A stretch of DNA of 63,419 bases from a virus (IMGVR_UViG_3300026512_000011:1-63419), one strand, 5' to 3'; counted from the first letter of the stretch, positions 38,664 to 48,401 are shown. Translations and numbers: made by a program. Notes: generated from the sequence alone by a model not told the origin.

Positions 38664-39014
38664 ATGGAAAGATATGAAATTAAGTATATTCGCGACAAGT
38701 ATGTAGGTGAGAGGGGAAAACTTTTGTATCATTTTACTACTTATGATGAAGAGGTAAGAGAGTATGATATAAAAGTTAGACAAATTGGTAATAAAACTCA
38801 TTTGATTGAGGTTATTACTGTAAATGAGTCCTTACCTGAAGGTTGTGAAGTTTTAGTTAGAAAAGACGGAGTAGATGATTTACTTATTGAAGTATATGAA
38901 TCTAATGAGCATTGGCATGTTATATTTGAAATTGAAGGAGGTGATACAGGGGAGGAGATAGGAATTAGGTTGGGTTATTATATATATTGGATTTGTGAAT
39001 TATATATTCCCTAA
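38664..39014 (+). CDS. hypothetical acidic protein
   Basis: 116 aa, AAGGAG RBS. Confidence 0.65.
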   Translation: MERYEIKYIRDKYVGERGKLLYHFTTYDEEVREYDIKVRQIGNKTHLIEVITVNESLPEGCEVLVRKDGVDDLLIEVYESNEHWHVIFEIEGGDTGEEIGIRLGYYIYWICELYIP

Positions 39015-39077
39015 TTAATTTAAATATATAAATGTAGAGAGTATGATTAGAATTTTAGTAAATTGAGGAGGTAGATA

Positions 39078-39275
39078 ATGCCAGTAGTGGTTTATAAAGA
39101 ACTTGTAAGAAAGAATAAACAAAAAGTTTGGGTAGATAAGATATTGATTACTACTGATAAGGATGAAATTGTTTATGATGGAATTTTTGATAAGAAAAAT
39201 AAAAAGATTCTTCATTGGATTAATGAATACGCTGACAATCCAGATGACTTTAAAAGAAGACATAATCTTATATAG
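39078..39275 (+). CDS. hypothetical protein
   Basis: 65 aa, GAGGAGGT RBS. Confidence 0.65.
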   Translation: MPVVVYKELVRKNKQKVWVDKILITTDKDEIVYDGIFDKKNKKILHWINEYADNPDDFKRRHNLI

Positions 39276-39286
39276 TGAGGTAAGAT

Positions 39287-39733
39287 ATGTTGAACAAAAT
39301 ATTGTTTTATACAGAAAAAGTTCTTGAAAGTGTAGGTATGAAGAAAGAGTGGCAATATAAGAGTCTTAATATGATTAGTTTTATAGGGTTTTTAATTGGA
39401 GTAATGATTTCATTAACTTATCCTTTTAAGTATTCAATTAATGATTACTTATTACTATGGATTTTTAGAGGAGTTGGGGTAGTTATTGTTGGATTTATAT
39501 TTTTGATGTTTTATTGTGTAATAGGAGCTTGTTTAGATGAAATAGATGATGAAGATGTTAATTTTGCTGAATTAATTGGACTTTTAATATTTCTTACGGC
39601 ACTTTTTATAGTTTCAGTTGTATTAGGTAGTTGTGTTGGTATCGAAGGAATAGTAGTCGTTTTCCTTTTCCGAAAATTAACTAAAATTAAAGTTAAAAAT
39701 ATTTTCTATTATCTTAAAGGAGATATAAAATGA
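39287..39733 (+). CDS. multi-pass membrane protein
   Basis: about four hydrophobic helices. Confidence 0.65.
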   Translation: MLNKILFYTEKVLESVGMKKEWQYKSLNMISFIGFLIGVMISLTYPFKYSINDYLLLWIFRGVGVVIVGFIFLMFYCVIGACLDEIDDEDVNFAELIGLLIFLTALFIVSVVLGSCVGIEGIVVVFLFRKLTKIKVKNIFYYLKGDIK

Positions 39734-39957
39734 AGTATAATTGGTATGATGGGTTAGATGATACTACTAAAGAGTTTCTTGAAGATAATGGATGTTTGCT
39801 TTTTGGAATTGAATTGAATCCTGTTTATAAAGCAGATAGAAAATGTTTTAATATTGAATTAAATGTTTATCAATTTATTGTTAGGAATATGAAAGTGGCG
39901 AAAGTTAAAATGAAGAGAGTTAGATTTAATTTTAAATATCTAAAGGAGGCTGAATGA
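39730..39957 (+). CDS. hypothetical protein
   Basis: 75 aa, ATGA coupling at both ends. Confidence 0.6.
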   Translation: MKYNWYDGLDDTTKEFLEDNGCLLFGIELNPVYKADRKCFNIELNVYQFIVRNMKVAKVKMKRVRFNFKYLKEAE

Positions 39958-40994
39958 TGGATTTGAAGTATGTAAAGAAAGTAGCAAAGAAAGAAATTTA
40001 CAATTATTCTCCTACAAAAGGATTTGTGGAATTATGGGATTTTAGTAAATCTAATTTAAATCAAGAGTCAAGAGAAGAAACTGTATCAGTAGTAGCATCA
40101 ATTAGTTATGGTAATGAAATGGCTAAAAATCCTAAAAAACTTTGGGGGTTTCTTATTAAAAAAGGGCATAAAAGTCCATTTGAATTTATTAGATTTCCAC
40201 TTAAGGTAAGTAATAAATTTGTTCATTATGGAATAGAGAGTAGTTTGAGGAACATAGAATTTGAAAGTTATGGTCTTTCTAAATTTGATATAAATGTTCT
40301 TATAGATTTCCACAAGCAAACAATAGCTACTTTTAAAATTAAAGTTCCTCTTTTTGTAAGAAGTCAATATCATCGTCATAGATGTTGTTCATATTTAGAA
40401 CTTTCTCGTAGATATGTAAAACCTGATAAAGTAGAATTTGAATTTTGGTCTATAGGTAATCCTTATAATATTTATTTTGAAGTTGACAAAGAACAATTTA
40501 CTGTAGATATAGAAGAATTTAGTCTCGGAGATTTATTTGAATTATGTGAAGTTGCTTATTTTTCTCTCCTTGAAAAAGGTTATAAACCTGAAGTAGCTCG
40601 TTCTGTATTACCTCAATCTCTTTATACTGTATTTTGGGTAATGAAAGATTATAAATGTGCAAGGAATTTTTATGTAGAAAGATATTCAAAACAAGCTCAA
40701 GAACAGATAAGAGAAGTGGCAGAAGCAGAACTTAAACTTCTCAAAAAATATCAACCAGAATTTTTAGGACAATATGTAGCAATAGTTGGTGATGATAAAC
40801 TTGGATTGTATAAAGAAGAAACTTACATAAAAATCCTTGGTATTCAGGAACATTATAAAGCATTACAATCTAATGGTTGGAATAAAGATGCTAAATATGT
40901 TTATGTGGAATATGGAGATAAAGATTATTATGCAAAGTTTAATTTAGAGATTGGGTTATTTGACGAGAAAATTCTTAAGGAGGAGGTGAAATAA
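39954..40994 (+). CDS. thyX: flavin-dependent thymidylate synthase ThyX, copy 1 (intact, C-terminal extension)
   Basis: GHKSPFE, RHRCCSYLELSRRY (RHRx7S), EVARSVLP, ERYSKQAQEQIR. Confidence 0.88.
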   Translation: MMDLKYVKKVAKKEIYNYSPTKGFVELWDFSKSNLNQESREETVSVVASISYGNEMAKNPKKLWGFLIKKGHKSPFEFIRFPLKVSNKFVHYGIESSLRNIEFESYGLSKFDINVLIDFHKQTIATFKIKVPLFVRSQYHRHRCCSYLELSRRYVKPDKVEFEFWSIGNPYNIYFEVDKEQFTVDIEEFSLGDLFELCEVAYFSLLEKGYKPEVARSVLPQSLYTVFWVMKDYKCARNFYVERYSKQAQEQIREVAEAELKLLKKYQPEFLGQYVAIVGDDKLGLYKEETYIKILGIQEHYKALQSNGWNKDAKYVYVEYGDKDYYAKFNLEIGLFDEKILKEEVK

Positions 40995-41851
40995 TGAAAA
41001 ATCTTAAATATATTCGTAAGATTACAGAGGCTTATCCCTATAACTATGAAAATCCACCGATATGCAAGGTGGAACTTTGGGACTTTAGTAGGGCTAACGA
41101 AAACGATGAAGCCCGTAAAGAGGCAGTTTGCCTTGTGGCGTCTATTGATTATGACAACGAATACTGCAAAGACCCAGATAGGTTTTGGAATTTACTTATA
41201 GAAAAAGGGTATGAGAACCCGTTTGAGTTTGTGAGAGAATACTCTGCACTTAATCAGACATATAACTTACGAAATGAACAATTGGATACTATGACTTCTA
41301 TTCAAGAGGTAACAAGCACAGATTACATTAGAGATATGATTGATATAAATAGACACAATATTGCCACTTTCAAACTTAAAGTCCCTATCTTTGTAGCCCG
41401 TCAGATTCAACGCCACCGTTCGTTCTCCTATATGGAAATGAGTAGACGTTTTGTAAAGGGAGATAAGGTAAAGTTTGAATATTGGTTAAGACCAGAAATT
41501 TGTAGATATAAGGAGATAATAGAAGATATTTACGACGAATACGAAGGGGATTATAAACCAGAACAATTGTGTTCAATTCTCCCTCTTGGTCTTTATACTC
41601 AATTTTGGATGCAAGGCGACTATAAGGCTTGGTTGAATTTATTTATTCATTGTTTACAATTAGAAATACAAGAAGAAGTTTGTTTAGTTATTCAATCAAT
41701 GTGGGGACTTCTTAAAGAATATCAGCCTGAAATTATAGAAACAATGGCTGATTATATTGATGAGTGGACAAGAGACTGCAATCCAATGTTTAGAACAGCA
41801 AGGAAGAAAAAGGCTGATTGGTTTAGAGAAAACTTTTTAGGAGGTGAGTAA
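40994..41851 (+). CDS. thyX: ThyX paralog, copy 2 (substrate-binding residues substituted)
   Basis: RHRSFSYMEMSRRF kept; GYENPFE, EQLCSILP and HCLQLEIQEEVC replace conserved His/Arg. Confidence 0.75.
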   Translation: MKNLKYIRKITEAYPYNYENPPICKVELWDFSRANENDEARKEAVCLVASIDYDNEYCKDPDRFWNLLIEKGYENPFEFVREYSALNQTYNLRNEQLDTMTSIQEVTSTDYIRDMIDINRHNIATFKLKVPIFVARQIQRHRSFSYMEMSRRFVKGDKVKFEYWLRPEICRYKEIIEDIYDEYEGDYKPEQLCSILPLGLYTQFWMQGDYKAWLNLFIHCLQLEIQEEVCLVIQSMWGLLKEYQPEIIETMADYIDEWTRDCNPMFRTARKKKADWFRENFLGGE

Positions 41852-42282
41852 TGGAACTTACAGAACTTTTTGCAGGAGAAATGCAAGACATACAAATTTC
41901 TTTTGATGAGAGAATTGAAAAATTTAGAGTATCTATTCTTTATGAGAATGGAAATTTAGATTTAATTTTGAATCCTTTTGATTTTACTATTTTTATGGAT
42001 AAGATTATGAGTTACTCCATCTATGTAGAACTCATTTCTCATTTGGAAGATGATGTTTTGAATTTTTATCGTATATATAGTGCAATAGTATCGGCAATTG
42101 ATTATTTAATTTCTCCTACTGAAATAAGAACAAAGATTAAGAATGATAAGCTGGTAAAAGTTTTGGAAGATTTAATTCAGTCTTTTATTTCCAGTAAATT
42201 TGGCGAACAGTCTTCTATTATATGGGATTTAATTAGAACAGAAGATATAGTTATTTTTAAAATTGAATCTATGGAAAATTAA
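41851..42282 (+). CDS. hypothetical protein
   Basis: 143 aa, AGGAGGTG RBS. Confidence 0.65.
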   Translation: MELTELFAGEMQDIQISFDERIEKFRVSILYENGNLDLILNPFDFTIFMDKIMSYSIYVELISHLEDDVLNFYRIYSAIVSAIDYLISPTEIRTKIKNDKLVKVLEDLIQSFISSKFGEQSSIIWDLIRTEDIVIFKIESMEN

Positions 42283-42299
42283 CAGTTAAGGAGGTTAAA

Positions 42300-42647
42300 A
42301 TGAATTTTAATATTTATGAATTATTGTATATGTTACAAAATACTCATAATATTTTAGGAATAGTGTTAGTTGTAGTAGGAATGATAGGTATGGTAATCAG
42401 TTTTGTTGGTGCAATGATTTCTGAATCAATAAAAACAGCATTAATGTTTTTGATTGTTTTCTTTTTGTCTGGAGAAATGGTAGTATATGGAAGTGATTTA
42501 GAATCTAAATCTAAATTAAAGATAGTGAGCAATTACATAACAAAATATAATTTAGATAGATGTGAAGTATTAAAAGAATTATCAAAATTTGACAAAGGAG
42601 AATGGTTAGATGTTTATTATAATGAATGTATTAAAGGAGGTGAGTAA
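42300..42647 (+). CDS. membrane protein with two TM helices
   Basis: hydrophobic helices; AAGGAGGT RBS. Confidence 0.65.
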   Translation: MNFNIYELLYMLQNTHNILGIVLVVVGMIGMVISFVGAMISESIKTALMFLIVFFLSGEMVVYGSDLESKSKLKIVSNYITKYNLDRCEVLKELSKFDKGEWLDVYYNECIKGGE

Positions 42648-42648
42648 A

Positions 42649-42894
42649 ATGAAAGAGAAAATTATTAAAGTAAGAACTCCTTTTAGCAATGCTACCGAAT
42701 TTGAAGTTTGGAAGTCAAGAAATTGTGATAATTGTAAAATATATGAGTATTATTTTGAAGATGAATTAGATGGAATAAAAAGTTGTCCAGTTTTAGATTG
42801 TTTAGAACTTGGATATGAATATATTGATTGGGATTTTCTAAAGACATTTTTTACTAAAGATGGTAATTGTTTGTATAAAGTAAATAAGGAGTAG
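42649..42894 (+). CDS. small Cys-rich hypothetical protein
   Basis: start moved to 42649 after AAGGAGGTG; PFSNATEF..W..RNCDNC pattern. Confidence 0.6.
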   Translation: MKEKIIKVRTPFSNATEFEVWKSRNCDNCKIYEYYFEDELDGIKSCPVLDCLELGYEYIDWDFLKTFFTKDGNCLYKVNKE

Positions 42895-42898
42895 AAGA

Positions 42899-43135
42899 TT
42901 GAGTTTAATAGAGGAGATATTTACAGAAATATTTGATAATGCTAATGCTTATAAGTTTTGTGCAGAATATATAGGAGATTTTGATGCACAGAAATTAAGA
43001 ATTATAGAGTATAGTATTGATGGAGATGTTGTTAAATTGAATATAGAATATAATAAAGAATTATATGATATGGTGTTAAAGATAGATAAATTTAGAAAAC
43101 TAACTTTAGAAGATTTTAGGTGTAAAAATTTTTGA
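42899..43135 (+). CDS. hypothetical protein
   Basis: 78 aa, TTG start after AAGGAG. Confidence 0.55.
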   Translation: MSLIEEIFTEIFDNANAYKFCAEYIGDFDAQKLRIIEYSIDGDVVKLNIEYNKELYDMVLKIDKFRKLTLEDFRCKNF

Positions 43136-43148
43136 TAAGGAGGTCAAT

Positions 43149-43655
43149 ATGCCGAATATTAGAAAAGGCACAGGAAAAGGAAGAGATGATATATCATTTC
43201 ATTACACAAAACCAGAGATGGCAAAAGATTTATTAAAATTTATTCAATTTGAAAAAGGTGATGTAGTTTTAGATGCTGGTAGTGGTAAAAACAAAGTATG
43301 GTATAAACACTTACCAGATTTTGTAAGTAAATTTGAGTGTGAAATAGAAGATGGATGTGATTTTCTGAAGTGGAGTAAAGAAGTTGATTGGGTTATTGGA
43401 AATCCTCCTTATAGTATGTTTTGGGAATTTATGCAAAAGTCTATTGAGATTTCAAGAAAAGGTATAGCTTACTTATTGAGTATTAGAGCTTTTAATAGTT
43501 TAACTCCTAATAGATTAGATAAGATTAAAGATAAAGGGTTTTATGTAAACAAAATACATATAGTAATGGATAAAAGATGGTTTGGTAGATATTATTTTGT
43601 TTTATTTACGAAAAATCCAAGTGATTTTATTACTTGGAATAAGGTTCCTTATTAA
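43149..43655 (+). CDS. minimal gamma-type adenine methyltransferase-like protein
   Basis: HYT.P, VLDAGSG (motif I), IGNPPY (motif IV); only 168 aa. Confidence 0.75.
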   Translation: MPNIRKGTGKGRDDISFHYTKPEMAKDLLKFIQFEKGDVVLDAGSGKNKVWYKHLPDFVSKFECEIEDGCDFLKWSKEVDWVIGNPPYSMFWEFMQKSIEISRKGIAYLLSIRAFNSLTPNRLDKIKDKGFYVNKIHIVMDKRWFGRYYFVLFTKNPSDFITWNKVPY

Positions 43656-43665
43656 GGAGGTAGTA

Positions 43666-44427
43666 GTGGTAATTGATAAATATGTAATAACTACTAAAGA
43701 CCAATTAGGAATCCAGTCTTTAGTTGTTTATACTGATTTAAAGAAATGTAATTTAAATTGTATAGGTTGTCATAATAAGAAAGATAACAGAGAGTATAAA
43801 TTTTTAACAAAAGAAGAATTTAAAGAATTAACTACAAAAGCTAAAATGTTAGGTTGTGAATTGTGTATTATATCAGGAGGAGAACCTACTTTAAATGAAA
43901 TAAATGCTTTAGCTGATTATATAAAATTATCTCAACTTCCAGTAAGATTAGATACGAATGGGACTTTTCCAGAAAGGTTATCTATGTTAATTTCTTTAAC
44001 TAAAGATAAATTAATAGGAGTTGCTTTAGACATAAAGATTCCTTTTTCTTTTAACAAGAAAAACAATAAATTTGATTTAAGGTTTTATTCAAAAGTATTA
44101 GGATTGAGTGTAAATAATGATTTAAGTGCTAACAAATTATTTATTTCAGATTATGTTAATTCTGTAAAAACATCTTTACTATTTATATTGCATAGTGTTA
44201 AGGATGGGATATTGCATAGAGATTATTGTATAACAAGAACTGTATTATATGGAGGAGAAGAGTATAAAAAGATTATTAAAGAGAGTTTAAATGAATTTTA
44301 TTCAGAAGTAAATTTACCTAAATTAAAGCATTACTTTTTGGATTTTGTTGATGATAACTACAAGTTTAAGAAAGACTCTAATATAAATTCAATTATTGAT
44401 TATGATGGCAATGAAATTCAACTTTGA
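43666..44427 (+). CDS. nrdG: anaerobic RNR activating radical-SAM enzyme
   Basis: CNLNCIGCHN, SGGEPT, LDTNG, ALDIK; GTG start after AAGGAGG; adjacent to nrdD. Confidence 0.88.
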   Translation: MVIDKYVITTKDQLGIQSLVVYTDLKKCNLNCIGCHNKKDNREYKFLTKEEFKELTTKAKMLGCELCIISGGEPTLNEINALADYIKLSQLPVRLDTNGTFPERLSMLISLTKDKLIGVALDIKIPFSFNKKNNKFDLRFYSKVLGLSVNNDLSANKLFISDYVNSVKTSLLFILHSVKDGILHRDYCITRTVLYGGEEYKKIIKESLNEFYSEVNLPKLKHYFLDFVDDNYKFKKDSNINSIIDYDGNEIQL

Positions 44428-44451
44428 CATTAATCTGATTTAGATTAAATT
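44424..44451 (+). promoter_or_regulatory. promoter for nrdD
   Basis: TTGACA-N16-TAAATT. Confidence 0.6.
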
Positions 44452-44483
44452 TTATATCCCAAAGAACAAAAGAGGAGGTAGGT

Positions 44484-47400
44484 ATGAAGTCGAAGTATCA
44501 CAAAGTAATTGACTTGTATTTTAAGAACCACGACATCGCAAGAAATAATGCCAATTTTGTTAGGAGTATTTCTAATTTAGAGGGAATTGTAGTTGGTGAA
44601 GTACTGAAAGATTACTTTTTTGATGTAGTTGCTCACGATATTCCGATAAAAACACTTCATAATGAAGGATGGGCATATCTTCACCAAACCTTTAAATCAT
44701 TAAGTCCATATTCTTATACTGGAAAGAATGTTTTGATATTTAAAGTTAATAATGAAATAAAAATGATGTCATTTGAAGATGCTTATGAATATTTTGATGT
44801 AGATGAAATTTTAGTTGATTCGGAAAAAGAAGTTTACCAAAAAGATTTAACAAAATTAGATGTTCAAGTTCTTGATAGAAATGGATGGACAAAAGTAACT
44901 AAAATAACGAAAAAGAAAAGAACGAAAGATATTGTTATCTTAAAAACAAGGCATTCTGAAATAATAGAAATTACAGAAGACCATCCTGTTATAATTGGAG
45001 AAGATTGCGATAAAGATGTTATTTATGCTTCTGAAGTAATCCCTTATAAACACAAACAATTTAAAATTTCTTTAAATGATAAACTTGAAGAAGAGAATAT
45101 TTTTGGTGTTAATGAAATTGATATGGCTGATTTTGTTGATTTTGGTGATTACTATATTTATTCTGATTATATAATGAAAAGAGGAAAAGATACAGGATTT
45201 ATAAAAAGAAGGATTAGATTAACAGGTGAATTAGGTTATTTAATAGGTTATATTTTGGCTGAAGGTTATGTTGATAAAACATTTACAAAAATTGTTATAG
45301 AAAACAAAGATAAAGAATTACTTGAGGTATTTTTAGGAATTTTATTTACTAATTTAGGTGTTGTAGGTTATTTAAAGAATAAAGGAGATGTTTATGCTTT
45401 AGAAGTTCGCAATGTAGCTTTTTACGATTTTGTTAAATTATTTGCTGAAATAGATTATTATGCAGATGGCAAACATTTAAGTAAAGATATTCTTAAATAC
45501 TCAAAAGAATTTATTGCAGGCATAATAGCAGGTATTATAGATGGAGATGGGACTTTAGGCTCTAATGGACAAATAAATATAAGATTAACTTCAGGTAAGT
45601 TAATTTATCAGTTAAGTTATCTTTTAAGATTATTGGGCTATTATCCAACAATTAGTTACTGCGATAATAAAGTTAAAGATTCAGAAAATAATGAACTTAC
45701 AAAAACAATAAAACAAAGAAGAGATATATATGCTTTAATGTTTACAGTAAGAAAATTTAGTTCTGCTTATGAACTTCCTTCCATAAAATTTACAAAAGCA
45801 TTAGATTTTGCTAATACTTTAGATAGAAATACAATCTTCTATAAAGAGAACGAATGGGTAAATGTTCATAGCGTAAAGAAAATAAACAATCCTCTTGTTT
45901 TGAATGAAATAGAATATGTTTATGATATTACAACCGAATCTCACACATTTGCACTCCACAATATTTGGGTTCATAACTGCGTAGGACTTTCAGCTAAAGA
46001 TGTTGCTATGTTCGGTTTACAATCTAATGCTAAAAATGAAAGAAAAGCTAAACCTCCTAAAAGATTAGAAACTCTCTTTATGCAATGTGCTAATCTTATA
46101 TGTCTAATTGCTCAAGAAATTTCAGGAGCTACATCCTTAAACGATATTTCTACAATAGGAGCAAGTTATCTCTATTTCCTTGAAAAGGAATTTGGACTAA
46201 AATATGACCACCATAAGTTAGTTAATATTTGGCAAGAATTTCTTTACAACATAAACCTTCCATTCAGAGTAGGAATGCAATCTCCATTTTCTAACATAAC
46301 TCTTGAATTTGGTAAACCTAATCCTCATCTTGCTAATGAATATGTTGTATTTGCAGGGCAAGTAAAAGAAAGGAAATACAAAGACATACCATCTGAATAT
46401 TACAATAGAGTTGTAGATGCATTTGTAGATGCGATGAGTGAAGGAGATGCTGATGGAAAACCTTTTACCTTTCCGCTGATTACAGTTAATATTTACGATG
46501 ATTTTGATTGGGATAATCCAATATTTAAAAAACTACTTGAAAAATCTGAATATTTTGGTGGTCTTTACTTCCAGAATTATATGACTAAACCCTTTACAAC
46601 TGATAGTATTTATAAACAAAAGAATAAATTTTTAGAGCCTTTTGATATAGGAATGATATACAGCAATTGTTGTTATTATCCAACTCAAGAAATGTTTGTG
46701 TATAAGAATGGTAAAGTTTTAGACAAACTTACAATTGAGGAATTTTTCAATAAATATAAAGGAAATCTAATAAGAAAAGATAATGATGAGAAAAAAGCCG
46801 AATGGTATGAATTGAGCGACCAAGTATATGTTCCTGCGTTGAATTTAGATACAGGGAAGATTGAACCAAAGAGAGTTTCAAAATTACTGAAGATAAAATC
46901 TGATAAACTTGTTACTGTTGTGTTGAGAAATGGTGCTGAATTAAAATGTGAACCTACTCATCCTTTTATTGTTTTTGATTTTGAAAATGGAAGATTAGTA
47001 AGGAAATTTGCAAAAGATTTGACTATTGCAGATGTTGTTCCAGTTACTAAAGATTTAAATTCTTATGAATTAGTAAAAGTTGAAAGTATAAAAGTAGAAG
47101 AACTTGATTATGAACAAGTCTTTTATGATATTGAGGTAGAGGATAATCATACATTTGTATTGGCGAATGGTATTATTGGAAGTAATTGCAGAATGACCTT
47201 CAATATTGATGATGTTCTAAAATATACAGGTTCTAATCCATTTCATTCAAATAGTGGAATTGGAGGAATTGGAGTTTTTAATATAAATATGAACAGAATT
47301 CTCTTTTTAGCTAAAGATAATTTTGAATATTTCAAAAAACTTTTTGATTATATTTATGAAATTGGAGTAAAAACTCTTCAAAGAAAAAGACAATTTATTA

Positions 47401-47816
47401 GAGAACATTGGGAAGATTTATATCCATATCTCTCTTTCTACCAAAAAACAGATAAATCTCTATTTAATATAATTTCAGTTGTAGGGACTCACGAAGGATT
47501 AATTAATGCAGGATTTAAAGATGGATTAAAATCTGAAGAAGGCAAAGAATATGCAATAAAACTTGCTACTTACATTAGAGAGAAGATAGAACAATCTATT
47601 GAAAAATATGGAGAACTCTTTAATTTAGAGTATGCTCCATCTGAAAATGCTGGATGTAGATTAGCTGAAAAAGATTTAGCCTTTGCTAACAGAGTTGCTA
47701 AATATTTATCCAGTAAAGATATTTCTTTATCTGAAGATGAATATTTGGATAGAATTTCTAAATATATAATTGATTCCCTGAAGGAAGATATATTTAATAA
47801 AGTTGCAATAGAATAA
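44484..47816 (+). CDS. nrdD: class III ribonucleotide reductase, N-terminal fragment with two inteins
   Basis: NNAN, PY|C, QSPFSNIT, GKPFTFP, SNC|CR, FNLEYAPSE..RLA. Confidence 0.9.
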   Translation: MKSKYHKVIDLYFKNHDIARNNANFVRSISNLEGIVVGEVLKDYFFDVVAHDIPIKTLHNEGWAYLHQTFKSLSPYSYTGKNVLIFKVNNEIKMMSFEDAYEYFDVDEILVDSEKEVYQKDLTKLDVQVLDRNGWTKVTKITKKKRTKDIVILKTRHSEIIEITEDHPVIIGEDCDKDVIYASEVIPYKHKQFKISLNDKLEEENIFGVNEIDMADFVDFGDYYIYSDYIMKRGKDTGFIKRRIRLTGELGYLIGYILAEGYVDKTFTKIVIENKDKELLEVFLGILFTNLGVVGYLKNKGDVYALEVRNVAFYDFVKLFAEIDYYADGKHLSKDILKYSKEFIAGIIAGIIDGDGTLGSNGQINIRLTSGKLIYQLSYLLRLLGYYPTISYCDNKVKDSENNELTKTIKQRRDIYALMFTVRKFSSAYELPSIKFTKALDFANTLDRNTIFYKENEWVNVHSVKKINNPLVLNEIEYVYDITTESHTFALHNIWVHNCVGLSAKDVAMFGLQSNAKNERKAKPPKRLETLFMQCANLICLIAQEISGATSLNDISTIGASYLYFLEKEFGLKYDHHKLVNIWQEFLYNINLPFRVGMQSPFSNITLEFGKPNPHLANEYVVFAGQVKERKYKDIPSEYYNRVVDAFVDAMSEGDADGKPFTFPLITVNIYDDFDWDNPIFKKLLEKSEYFGGLYFQNYMTKPFTTDSIYKQKNKFLEPFDIGMIYSNCCYYPTQEMFVYKNGKVLDKLTIEEFFNKYKGNLIRKDNDEKKAEWYELSDQVYVPALNLDTGKIEPKRVSKLLKIKSDKLVTVVLRNGAELKCEPTHPFIVFDFENGRLVRKFAKDLTIADVVPVTKDLNSYELVKVESIKVEELDYEQVFYDIEVEDNHTFVLANGIIGSNCRMTFNIDDVLKYTGSNPFHSNSGIGGIGVFNINMNRILFLAKDNFEYFKKLFDYIYEIGVKTLQRKRQFIREHWEDLYPYLSFYQKTDKSLFNIISVVGTHEGLINAGFKDGLKSEEGKEYAIKLATYIREKIEQSIEKYGELFNLEYAPSENAGCRLAEKDLAFANRVAKYLSSKDISLSEDEYLDRISKYIIDSLKEDIFNKVAIE
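44712..45977 (+). mobile_element. intein 1 of NrdD with LAGLIDADG homing endonuclease (422 aa)
   Basis: starts SYTGK, T.DHP block B, LIGYILAEG and IIAGIIDGDG, ends VYDITTESHTF..VHN|C. Confidence 0.85.
46671..47186 (+). mobile_element. intein 2 of NrdD, mini-intein (172 aa)
   Basis: starts CYYPTQ, CEPTHPF, ends FYDIEVEDNHTF..GSN|C; no endonuclease. Confidence 0.85.
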
Positions 47817-47829
47817 TTTATCGGAGGTA

Positions 47830-48354
47830 ATGAAGATGATAAAGCCAAAAATGTATGTTCAAGGAGATGTAGAATCAGGGAAAGTATTTCTTACATCGGG
47901 ATTTCAACTTCCATTTCAAGAAGAGGATTTGCTTACACAAGTAGATAATGCAGGACTGTTTCAAGGATTTGCAAGTGGAGGTGCCGTGCTCCACCTGTTC
48001 ACAAATGAAGAGTTATCAGTTGAACAGCAAATTAAATTAGTCAAATCAATTATGAATAATTTTCCAGTTTATTATATGACAAAAACTCCTTTCTTAACGA
48101 CTTGTAATTCTTGTGGACATAAAATGGTAGGGAAACACAACAAATGTGAAAAGTGTGGTTCGGATGATGTTACATTGTGGAGTAGACCTATTGGATATTT
48201 CAGACCAGTAATGAGGAAAAATGTAGATAAGAATTTTGAGAATGCAGAATATAAGTTTTGGCTTGATGGAAGAATAAAAGATTTTTCTACAAGAAAAGAA
48301 GTTACAGAAAAAGATGTAAATGATTTAATTGAAGAAATAAATGAAGGAATGTAA
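47830..48354 (+). CDS. nrdD: class III RNR C-terminal fragment (Zn finger and glycyl-radical loop)
   Basis: SGGAVLH, TP...CNSCG..CEKCG, SRPIGYFRPV; own GGAGGT RBS. Confidence 0.88.
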   Translation: MKMIKPKMYVQGDVESGKVFLTSGFQLPFQEEDLLTQVDNAGLFQGFASGGAVLHLFTNEELSVEQQIKLVKSIMNNFPVYYMTKTPFLTTCNSCGHKMVGKHNKCEKCGSDDVTLWSRPIGYFRPVMRKNVDKNFENAEYKFWLDGRIKDFSTRKEVTEKDVNDLIEEINEGM

Positions 48355-48381
48355 AAGTGCCTGCTTTTGCAGGCACTTTTT
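48353..48381 (+). terminator. rho-independent terminator
   Basis: AAAAGTGCCTGC-TTTT-GCAGGCACTTTTT. Confidence 0.88.
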
Positions 48382-48401
48382 AATTAATTTGGGAGTTAAA
48401 A

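Noticed and set aside
43582-43665. N-terminal hydrophobic extension of NrdG in the ORF track
   Set aside because: Overlaps the upstream gene; the strong RBS points to GTG at 43666
47780-47850. Frameshift, intron or split intein joining the two nrdD fragments
   Set aside because: No slippery site, no structured intron-sized gap and no intein motifs at the ends; the second gene has its own RBS
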